Of a DNA stretch of 64,000 nucleotides, positions 12,622 to 24,795 are shown piece after piece. The position numbers were made by a program, and so were the translations under genes. The stretch comes from Camelus ferus (lineage: Eukaryota), in the NCBI RefSeq assembly GCF_009834535.1, contig NC_045714.1:15438001-15502000 (forward strand), given 5' to 3'. How positions within the stretch are numbered: position 1 is the first letter of the stretch; every line of letters begins with the position of its first letter. The notes below the pieces were generated by a model. The model made no database searches. It had not been told where the DNA came from and was given only the letters and a program-made list of their open reading frames with translations.

Positions 12622-12869
12622 TTTGCAGAGCTGCCCTCTGGCCAAGAAGAGGAAGCTGGAGGGTGCTGAGGCTGGGCACCTGGGGTCCAAGCGGAAGGCG
12701 CACCCCCTGAAGCTGGCGCTGGACGAGGGCTACGGCGTGGACAGCGACGGCAGTGAGGATGCTGAGGTGAAGGACGCCTCTGTTTGGGACGAATCGGAAG
12801 GAACTGCGGAGGAGGACGAGGCGGAGACGTCAGGACCGGAGGAGAGTCGTCGCCCCGAGCCAGCTGAAG
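12622..12869 (+). CDS. MYT1: MYT1 exon 6 ([14 protein letters not shown]...RRPEPAE), 248 nt
   Basis: CCCCCCAG|TTTG...GAAG|GTGCTG; completes finger 1 and contains the basic KKRK motif; lies within ORF 12587-12907. Confidence 0.96.
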
Positions 12870-14104
12870 GTGCTGTGTCGCTCTTTCTCCTCCAGATAAA
12901 GGCTTAGTGTGGCCCTGGAGAATTGCGGCCTGTGAAGGGGCAGCGCCTGAGAGCGGGAAGGCCCTTGCTGAGAACAAGCGACTCTTGTGCGACTTCGCGG
13001 GGCTTCCTGGGGAGGGGCCGGCGTGGGGGCCGGCGGGCCCAGGGCTCATCTGTGTGTGAACACTGTGTTCTGTGGATGTGTGTCTGTGTGCGCGTCAGAG
13101 ACGGATGAACAGGTGGACGTGGGCTGTGTGTGTGGGGATTTCAGACAGGCCCTGCCGGACCCGGCTTCAGGAGAGCCGCCTGGGGCTGTGCGAAGGGTCT
13201 GTTTGGAAACAGGGAGACTGTGGGGGGTGTCCAGGGAAGCTGGGGGAGGGGAGGGGAACTGAGGGGTCTCCCTGCTCGCACCTCCTCCCCTGCAGGGCCC
13301 CCAAGACTGGCCAGGTTGGGACCCTCAGCCCTTGGCAAACGCTAGTGTGAAGGTGGGAAGTAGCCGTGTCCCCTGAGACCTCGGCAGACCGTAGAGTCCT
13401 GAGGGTGGGACTGAGGCCCAAGGTCCAACCCCACCCCAACACTTCCAAGCTTCTCGTGTTCTCTGACTTTGCAGGGTTTTTATTTTGTTTTATTTTGAGC
13501 CAAACCGGGCAGGGTCTTGCACCTGCCTCCCTCCTGGGGATCCCGCTGCGCTCGACGGCGTTCATGGCCCTGGGGCTGGCCCTGGTGCACCTCTGGGAGT
13601 GGCCAGACAGGGGCGGAGCGGAGAGGGCTGCTTCTGTGCCCTGGGGGCCTTGTTGGCGCTCCAGGGCACCTGCGTGTGGGGAGCACACCTGCAGCTTAGT
13701 CCTGGCAGTTGAAAGACCTAACCTTTAAAACAAATTCCACTGCTTCTGAATTATGAAACAGCTTCTGAAACCCTGACGTATCCCTAACCCTTAGGCTCCG
13801 TTGTATGAAGTGCAAGTTTGCCTGGTTTAAGAAAGTGCGCGTAATAGGGAGGACCTTTAATCAACAATAGCAGAGCAATTCCTAGTTTCAGAAATACAGC
13901 AACAGTTACTCCATCTACCTCCTTAAGTAGGCTCACTGTGATCTCAAGATCCAGGCAGAGGGGCTGACACAAATGCCCGCACTGAACCCACCCCCAGGGG
14001 TTTCTGTTCCTGCTGCAGTGGGCAGAGTGCAGGAATCAGAGGCCTGGAGCCCTGTCCTCCCTCCCCCTGTGCCCCTTCCACCTGGTGTCTCTGGTTCTGT
14101 GCAG

Positions 14105-14914
14105 GAAAGAGCCCTGCCAAGGCTCATTTCGGGTCCAATCCCATCAGCAGCCCCACGGGCTCCTCCAAGGGCAGCTACAGCAGCTATCAGGAAATCATTG
14201 CAACTTCACTCCTAAATTTGGGCCAAATCGCTGAAGAGACCCTGGTTGGGGAAGGCTCTGGCCAGGCAGCCCAGCCAGGCCCTGGCCCCGTGCGCGAGGA
14301 GGAGGCTGAGGAAAGGGCTACCAGTGACGCGGGGGAGAAGGACGTCTTTATCCAACCGGAGGATGCTGAGGAGGTCATCGAAGTCACCAGCGAGCGCTCC
14401 CAGGAGCTGTGTCCCCAGTCCCTGGAGGGTGTGGTCAGTGAGGAGTCCAGCAATCAGAAAGTGGGCCTGAGTAACGAGGAGGAAGAGGAGGAGGACGAGG
14501 AGGAGGAGGAAGAGGAAGATGAGGAGGACGAGGAGGAGGACGAGGACGAGGAGGCCCCCCCAGACCTGATCTGCCAAGAGGACCCCCCCTGCACCCCCAC
14601 CCCAAAGGCCCCTGAGCCCCAGCACCCACCACCTCACAGTCCCACGCCCGAGCGCTCTGTCATAGTGGAGGTGCACTCAGACGAGGACTCGCGCTCCCAG
14701 AAGTCCACGGTCACGGACGAGTCGGAGATGTATGACATGATGACCCGCGGGAACCTGGGCCTCCTGGAGCAGGCCATCGCCCTGAAGGCAGAGCAGGTGC
14801 GGGCTATCTGCGAGCCGGGCTGCCCAGCCGCGGAGCGAGGCCCGCTGGGTCCAGGGGAGCCAGGGAAGTTGGCCAGGCCCCCGGATGGCGTGCGGAAGGA
14901 CTACTGCAGCAAAG
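14105..14914 (+). CDS. MYT1: MYT1 exon 7 (large exon: [15 protein letters not shown]3-interaction-like helix, Glu/Asp tract, [16 protein letters not shown] motif), 810 nt
   Basis: GTTCTGTGCAG|GAAAG...AAAG|GTAGGC; frame agrees with ORF 14218-15231. Confidence 0.97.
14476..14553 (+). repeat. MYT1: Coding (GAG/GAA/GAC)n repeat encoding a 26-residue Glu/Asp tract
   Basis: [26 protein letters not shown] read directly from the sequence. Confidence 0.95.
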
Positions 14915-16144
14915 GTAGGCTGCTCATACTGACCCCGCTTTCTCATGCTCCCCCTGCCTCCAGGGGCCACAGTCCTGAGGCCTTTGCAGGCTGGGCAGCA
15001 GGTGGGGGGGTGGGGGTGGTGGGGGGCAGACCGAAGCAGACGGGGGGACAAATACGCACATGGAAGACTGGGGTCATCGATACTGAGGAAGCGGGCTCAC
15101 CTGCTCACACAGGGTGGTCTGGAAACACACAGCTGAGGGAAGCCAGGCTGGGGGACGAGGAGGGGTCTAGGGACAGCGAGCTCAGCTGGGGGATGCGCAC
15201 CTGGGTTGAGGGGGCCTTGAGTGAGCTGTAGCTCCCGGTCATAGTTGGTGGTAGGTAGAGACAAAGGGCACAGGTGTTCTGGGGACACTCACTCACATGG
15301 GATGGGCTCGGGGGCAGATACTGAGGGACATGGAGGACAGCTATCAATAAGATACCCTCTCAGGGTGGCACAGACTTGGGGGATAGCTGTCTGGGGGCTC
15401 CAATGAGACCAGCACAGGCCTTGGGAGGACATGGACTCTAGGAGATGAAGGGGCACAGGTTCGGGAACAAGTGCTGGGCCTGTGTCGGGTGTCAGCCTGG
15501 GGGCAGCAGTCTTGGGGCCTAGAGATCAGGGCCAATATTGATGGGATGCTGTTGGGGAGCGGAGAGGCGTAACGGGGATACGCGTGAGCACAGACAGAGT
15601 GACGGGTCCGGTCCCGAGTGTTTGGGGCCACAGACCTGTGGGGTCTCAGAAGTGCTGCCTTAAGGCATAGAGTTGAGGGCGTGGACCTAGGGGACAGAGC
15701 CTTAAAGGCAGGAGGCCAAGCTGGGACCCCTGGGCAGCCCTGAGCAGGCTCGTGCTGTGAGGACCGCGGCTGGTTCCAAGGGAATGACACTTGGTGTGGA
15801 TGGAGCGCAAGTCCTGGACAAAGGCCAGTGGCAACAGTCACGAGCTCAGGAAGCCAGCCCTGGGGAGAGATGTGGGGGCCCCTCGGGGTGCGCCCTGGGG
15901 AGGGTGCCCCTGCCTGCCTGCCGGTGGAGGAGCAAATCCCCCCTTTTGAATCAGAGGCAGAGCCCCCCATCCCATCCCAGGATCCTGTCCTCCCCTAGTG
16001 GGCATTCTGAGCGTGGTCTGTGACCTCTGCGTTCTCCCAAAGGGCACAGCTGTGCTCTGGGGACCATCTGTGTCCTGACAGGTGTTCCCTCTGCCCCCAC
16101 GCTCATAGCGACCTCTCTGGGCCTGCAGAGGCCAGATGCGCCCA

Positions 16145-16245
16145 GTGACTGAGACTTGGATTTAAATTTCTGCCCAGGCATTTGTTAGGTGCTTTGGGGA
16201 AGTTACTTAGCTCCTTGTTCCCCTCTTTTCTCAGTTCAAAGGCTG
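16145..16245 (+). mobile_element. MIR SINE fragment
   Basis: GGATTTAAATTTCTGCCC...TTTGGGGAAGTTACTTAGCTCC resembles the MIR core. Confidence 0.55.
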
Positions 16246-16329
16246 TGTCCTGGCAGGGACTTGTCACAAACTTTCACCTCTCTGTGTGGAGGCCTGTCCC
16301 CCACCCTGAAGCCAGGGGACCTCGCATAA

Positions 16330-16782
<453 letters not shown>

Positions 16783-17168
16783 TAGCTCTGTCCGCTCAGG
16801 CTGCCTCTGCTGTGTGGACGGTTTCCTCATATGGGAGTGGCCATCCACGGCCCTGTCCTCTGGGTGGCACTGTCCAGAAGCCCAAACCCAACCCTACAAG
16901 TGTGGGGACACAATCCACGCAGCCTGGACAGGGCCCTGGAAGACCGCCACAGACTTGCTGGGGGGCTGAGTCCTGGAGCTGGGGAGGGCCTATGTCTGTT
17001 CCGAAGGCTCAGGAGGAGAAAGCCTGTCCTCGCCTTTAGACGAGGGGCAGTACTTGTGGACATTCCATTCAGAGGAGTGAATCACAGAACAGCTGGAGGT
17101 TTTAAGGCTGTGTTGGTTTCTGTCCCAGGGAGGCAGAGGGCCACAGGGGGAGAGGTGGCCTTGACTGA

Positions 17169-17621
<453 letters not shown>

Positions 17622-18018
17622 TGAGACCCTGGGAGAAGCACGGCTTCCAGGGTTCAGTTGTCTGCTGTCTTCCACGGGGAGAGGTTAGTGTATCCTCCCC
17701 ACTCCCCGGGGTGCCTGGATAGCTGCAGCTGTGACGGGATGGCCTCTGCTCCAGCGGGTACACACTCAGCCAAAACGGCTTTAAGAATTTTGAAGAAGAG
17801 GCTAAACTCCCCAACGCTTCTGTGATGACGTCACCTCTCCGGGCCTCTCTCCTCTCAGGCAGTTATTCAGTTCTGACAGCTGCACCCGCGATGTCTCAGA
17901 TGGGCTGCTTTCCTGGGAGGGCATGTGCCCTGCTGGTAGGAGCCTGCTGGTCCATGTCTCGCAGGGTCAGCAACCAGTTCATAGCCCATGGGGCCTGGGG
18001 CCTCCCCAGGTTGGCTGA

Positions 18019-18384
<366 letters not shown>

Positions 18385-18414
18385 TGAGTAAAACGAGCTA
18401 CAGACCGGAAGGGG

Positions 18415-18972
18415 TGTTACTGGACCCAAGTTCTAATGTCCGACGCGCGTTGAGGCCAAACAAACCAAAACCAGAGTCAGAGTTTGGAGCAGAGAGAGGT
18501 TTATTGCAGGCCCAAACAAGGAGAACAGGCGGCTTGTGCGCCAAAGACCCGAACTTCCCAATGGCTTTCAGGCGAGGGCTTCTAAAGACGGTGTTAGGGG
18601 AGGGTGGTGGGATGCATGATCAGCTGTGGTCGGCTGGCTGTGAGGTAACAGTGTGCTGTTTCAGGAGTCTCAGCTTTCTAGTTCCAGCCAGTCTGGGGTC
18701 TAGTGCCTATGGTCAGCATCCTCCCCTGGGTGAGGGTTCTTAGCCTCTGCAGAACGACTCAAAGATATGGGTCAGATTGTTACCCATGGCCCTTCAGGAG
18801 GAACTGGGAGTCCTGGGACTCTACTGTCCAGATCATTAACTGCTTGCACCTGCTCTTTGAAACTCTGGGAAAGCCTAGGACACTTGAAGCCTTTTTTCTC
18901 TACAGACAAGAAACAGGGGACGTGGAGGGTTTTTTGTACCAGGAAGGACCCGTAGGGTCCTGCTTGGTGTCA
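18415..18972 (-). mobile_element. Solo ERV1-class LTR (558 bp), antisense to MYT1
   Basis: Termini TGTTAC...TGTCA, 4-bp TSD GGGG at 18411-18414 and 18973-18976, minus-strand AATAAA (TTTATT at 18500-18505); resembles laurasiatherian MER41-like LTRs as recalled. Confidence 0.85.
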
Positions 18973-19424
18973 GGGGCTGCCTCCTGAAGTGTCCACAGGG
19001 CTGCGTGTGCACATGTGCGTGTGAGTGTCCGTGCTTGTGTCGTGTGTGTGCTCGTGCCCTGAGTTGCCCTGGAGGCTCCCAGGGCAGAGCTGGAGGGTGG
19101 TTTCGGGGCACACAGGACAGAGTCTTGTGTACACTGCATTGTCCAGTGCCTCTGCCCCTGTCTTTCTCTCCCCGAGGGTGTCTGATCTCTTTGCTTTGGA
19201 CTGCTCAGGGATATTTGCGGAGATGCTGGCCCAGTTTGGAGAGAGCAGGCTGCGTCAGCTGAGGGTCACCACCATCCAGGGAGCCCTGGGAGCCACTCCT
19301 CCCTGGCTGTCCTGCCTCCACCTCCCTTACCCCAAGGATGGACCCTGAACTCGGGAGAGGAGCCAGTGTAGACGGTGCTCTCCAGAGTGCTGCCCCCTTG
19401 TGGCCCCTGAGGTGCTGAGACAGC

Positions 19425-19535
19425 AGTGGGCAAGTGTGTGTGCGCGTGTGCAAGTGTTTAGGTGCATGTCCATGTATGTGAGTGCGTGTGCAAGCATGCG
19501 TGCCTGTGTGTGAATCTGTATATGTGTGTGTAGAC
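19425..19535. repeat. Degenerate (TG/CG/CA)n alternating purine-pyrimidine tract
   Basis: GTGTGTGTGCGCGTGTGCAAGTGT...GTGCGTGTGCAAGCATGCGTGCCTGTGTGTG; a similar tract lies at ~19003-19056. Confidence 0.7.
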
Positions 19536-21237
19536 CATTAAGAAAGAATCTGCTTAGTGTGACCTCCAGCCAAGTGACCCTGTGAGTGCCACAAATAAGG
19601 CCAGAGGCTCAGGAACCACCTCCAACCCCGCCACCGGCCTGTCCCTTTCTGGGCACAACCTCAGCCAGAGAAGCTGGGACGCCCACTTGGCCTGCTCTGA
19701 GTTCCGTGAGAGGGGTCTCTGGGTAGGGCGGGGGCTTCACCCTCCCACCTGGGCGGGCAGGCTCTTGCAGGCTGGTCCGTGGGCGCCTTCAGTCCTGCAC
19801 TCGAGTTGGCTTATTTCTACTGGGTAGCTCTCGTGATGACTGGAAGCAGCGCCTTTCCTCCAAGTTATTACTGGTCCTTCCAGCTTCTTGTCAGTTTTCT
19901 TGCCTTGATCCAACTTACTGATAAAATGTCAAACCACAGGCAGGTAAGGCTTGGTGAGGCCAGGGTGGAGGCCAAACAGGTTCCAAACATGGAGATTGTG
20001 CCTCGGGAGTTCCACTTCAGTCTGTTTGCCAGTACAAGTGGGACAGCAGTGTTATCGACTTCAGAAGTTTCTCATGAGGCGTGAATGAGGCAGTGGCATT
20101 GTTGCCTCCCGGACCCTCAGCGAGGAGCCCAGGGTGGTAGCAACTGGGGCCCAGATGAAGGAGCCTTCCATTCGGACTCTGTCTGGTCCAGGGGCCGTGC
20201 TTCTGAGTGTTGCATCCTGGGGTGTGGGGAGAGTCTTCAAAAAGCTTTGCTGGCATCACAGACACTAAGTCTGTGCTGCTGGCTGAAGCCACCAAAATGT
20301 GGTCCTGATGTTAAGTTTAGGATTTGCTTCCCCCGGGGTCCCTGGTGCTCTCCAGCATCTTCTTCAGATGCTGCTGGCCGGTGCGGAGAGCCCTCAGCCC
20401 TTCTGCTCATGCTCTGGTGGTGCTGGTTTCCTAAGGCCTTCAGAGCTGGCCTTACCGTGGCTACAGCATCTTCCTGTCACCAGTCCCCAATTTCCAGGCC
20501 ACATTCAGGTCTTCAGTGCCCAGCACCTGGGGCCCCACACTGGCCCCTTCTTGGTTCCACTGACCCACCCTTTCCAGATGAAGTCACCACCTGGCTCTCC
20601 AGGCCCCTCCTCTCTTTTCCTTCTCTCTGAGCGGACGGTATACAAGCCCCTTCCTCCACGGAAAGCACAGAAGCCCATGGCCTTGCTGCAGGCGCTGGCC
20701 TTCCTGCCCCGGCTCCTGTGCTGTCTGGGACACTGTCTTCACTGGTGTCTCCTGCTCATTTAAAACTCTGAACGTTTCCAAGTGCTTTGGTGACAATGAA
20801 CTGAGTGCTTGTGGTGGTCCTTTCCGGCCTGTCCTTCACCCTTGCAGCAGCCCCCTCCAGGGGCATCTCAGCCGACTTCAAGCGGGAGGCAGGGGAGGAC
20901 AGGGTCGCCCTGTGAAGGGCTGAGTGGCCTGCCTCTGGGTGCCCTGCTCCCTCCGCCCTGGGGAGCTGCAGAGCTCTGCCTTGGCCCCCGCCCAGCAGTG
21001 CTCCTGTGGGGCTCCCTGCCAGGGCCCCGCGCGTGTTGTCACTGAGCTGCTTGAGACCTGCTCTCCGACTTCCCTCCTCTGGCTGACGCTGTGCTCAAGG
21101 GGACATAACGCTTGTTTCTCCAAGTGTCCCAGCGCTTCCTCCCTGCTGGCAACCCTTCCTGCAGAGCAGACCCAGACACCCTTTAGGGGTGGACATGAGG
21201 AGGGGCTCCCTGGGTCTCTGTCCACGCTGGGCTCTGA

Positions 21238-21585
<348 letters not shown>

Positions 21586-22764
21586 TGAGGGGCAGTGGAG
21601 GAGGAGCCCCACCCCCCAACCAGGAGCATGTAGGAATCTCCACCCTGGGGGTACCGATGGGATGGGACTGTAGCCCAGGCCCTAACATCCCTGGCATCCG
21701 TCGTGGGAGCTTTCTCAGGGTCTGTGTCTCACCGACATTGCCGCCTCCATGTCCACCATCAAACTTGATTTATCTCCTCACTATACGTGAAACAAAACCC
21801 AGGTCCATTATGGTGTCGTGTCCAAAGGCTTAAGAACAGCTTCCTTGACCTGGCTCACTGGGAGAGAGTGCCCTCTTCTGGCCCCCCTTCCCAGCCAGTT
21901 TACTCAGCTCAAGGGGTGGGGTCTGGGGAGGGTCAGACAACCGCTGTGCTGAGCTGGGTACCTGACAGGCCCTTCCTACATGGGGACCATCTTGCTGGAT
22001 ACAGTGTGCTATTTGTGATTTTAGCAACAAAGTTTCTGGGTGCTTGCACCAACAAAATTCATTCCTAAAAACCTTTGAGAACAAGCACCCCATCAATTTT
22101 TTGTCACTTATTGTACTAATTTGTGGGTTGCGAGCCCGTTAACCCTGGAAATGCACCTGGAATGTGAAACGGAAAAGCACCCCTGGTGACCATGAGATTG
22201 GAACTGGCATCTCCTGGTGGATGCCCAAATCGTTAATAATAGAAACTGATTGAAACGATTGCTGGCTGGAGTGGGAGCATCTCTTCAACCTGTTAGGACT
22301 GGGGGCTTCATGCCTTCACCAAGGTGCCCACTTACACTGGAGCAAGAGGTCAGACCTGAGAGTGATCTGATCTCTGCAGCACAATTACTAGAAAAGAGAA
22401 CATTTTATGCCTTCGTTTGTCATGGTTACTTGAACAATAATGCTCCTTATTAAAGCTGTGACTGCTGGGGGGGGGGGACACCAAAGTCATCCGTCTGAGA
22501 GACTGTGACAAAACTTTCCTCCTTGAGTGGCGTTCCAAGTACTCATCCTGTCTGCAGACTCCTGCAGTCTCTCAGTAAGCACTCACTGGTAGACAACTTG
22601 CTTTCCATGAACTATCAGGGGCACTAGGAAGTCTTTGGAGGGTTTTGCCCTTTCTGCCCAAATGTTGGTCAAGCCAGAAATGGCCTTCTCCATGCCTGAT
22701 GAGAGCAGGGGGTTGAGGGGCGTGTGGGCACCCCTTCATGAGGCTGTGCTCTGTGTGCTTCTAG

Positions 22765-23178
<414 letters not shown>

Positions 23179-23553
23179 TGACCAAAGACACTGACCAGAG
23201 ACGTTGGATGGGCACCCCCCGAGCTCTGTGTGCTCTGTGTGCTGGGGGTGCCAAGCGGCTGTACACTCGTGTGTTCTCAGCTGTCCCCCGATTCTTAGGG
23301 TCCTGCACACCTTCTTGTGACCACATGAATGGCCTTCTCTTCTCCAGGGTCTGGTTATAGCGTTGGGAAACTCGAGGGAGTGAGTCGAGTCTAGTCTGTG
23401 TGAGTTTCAGGCCTCTCTCTTCTCAGAGACTCTTCTGTTCTTGTTTGGTTCTGCTTCCTTTGGAGGGAGACACTGTTCTGGCTTCTGAAAGCCGAGGAGT
23501 GGTATTCAGCATGGGAGGGTGGGCTCTGCCGCAGATTTCGCCTTTCAACGCAG

Positions 23554-23814
23554 GCTGTGGACATCGAGGTGGATGAGAACGGAACCCTGGACTTGAGCAT
23601 GCACAAGCACCGCAAGCGGGAAAACGCCTTCCCTGGCGGTGGCGGCAGCCCCAGCGTGAAGTCACCAGAGGCCTCCCAGCGCCAGAGCAGCACCAGCGCC
23701 CCCAGCAGCTCCATGACCTCCCCCCCATCCAGCCACGCCTCCCGCCAGGACGAGTGGGACCGGCCTCTGGACTACACGAAGCCCAGCCGCCAGCGAGAGG
23801 AGGAGCCTGAGGAG
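23554..23814 (+). CDS. MYT1: MYT1 exon 13 ([18 protein letters not shown]...EEEPEE), 261 nt
   Basis: TTCAACGCAG|GCTG...GAGGAG|GTGGGT; phase 0-0. Confidence 0.97.
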
Positions 23815-24719
23815 GTGGGTGCTGGGGTCCAAGCTAGCAGATGAGCGGGTGATGCAGGTTGGCCTGCTGGCCTGAGGGCTGGTGTAAATGTGGTCGCTCC
23901 TCCAGGCAGAGCCTCCCCAGGTCCTGTCCCTGCAGCCCTGAGCAGCCAGGACTCATGCCACCCTCCTGGGGCAGTTTTCACCGTTGGGCCTTGCCCCCTC
24001 TGAGAGAGGTGGTCTTCTCACCTCTGCAGACTTGGTGGTCAGCACCAGCACAGGCCCTCTGGGGGCACGCAGAGCAGAAGGGCTTTTACTCAAATCCCAC
24101 GAGGGAGGATTTGGGAATGGTTCTGAATTCCTTGGTTTTGTGGGCCTGCCAGCAGCTTGCTGTCCAGATCAGGAACGCACTGTACTCTGGCAGCAGCCCC
24201 TTCACACCGTCCTCAGGATACTCCAGGCCACCTGGCTCCTTGGACAGACGCAGGAGGAAACGCCTGGCCTCAGGAGCCCCTGGGTGGCCAGTGGCCTGAG
24301 TCCCAAGAGGGCAACTACGTAGTGGAGAGCAACAACCCAGGCCCTGGAGCCTGGGGGCAGTGGGCCCTTCCTTCCCAGTCCCTCCACCCGCTGTGGATGC
24401 GGGCTGTTGAGGGCTTTCCCCCCGGGGAGGGGAGCCTCCTGAACAAGAAAGCCCAGCTCTGAGGACCGCATGGCTCCAGGCAGCTTCCACACAGTTTGGG
24501 CAGGTCTGTGGGTGCCCTACCCACCTGCCGCTCCCTGCCAGCCCACACCCCCAGGAGGGGTGGCAGGTCCCTGTGGAGGGAGGCAGGACCCTGTGGCCCA
24601 GGGGGGCGGGGCGGGGCAGGTCCCTGTGAAGGAGGAGGTGGGCAGTGTGAGGATTCCTCCCTGAGAACTTGGCACCTCCACAGTTCTGTCCCGGTCAGCC
24701 AGGTTACCTCTGTCTACTG

Positions 24720-24795
24720 GCTTCGCATTCACCCCCACTTTACAGAGGGCAGACGGGGCCCCGGGTGAGGTCATGGCTCAGTCACATGGCTGCAG
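24720..24795 (-). mobile_element. MIR SINE fragment
   Basis: CCCACTTTACAGAGGGCAGAC...GTCACATGGCT resembles the MIR core in reverse orientation. Confidence 0.45.

Noticed and set aside
13782-13795. CCCTAACCCTTAGG telomere-like motif
   Set aside because: A single unit; expected by chance.
14212-14676. Minus-strand poly-Leu hydrophobic ORF
   Set aside because: Antisense shadow of the GAG-repeat acidic tract in exon 7.
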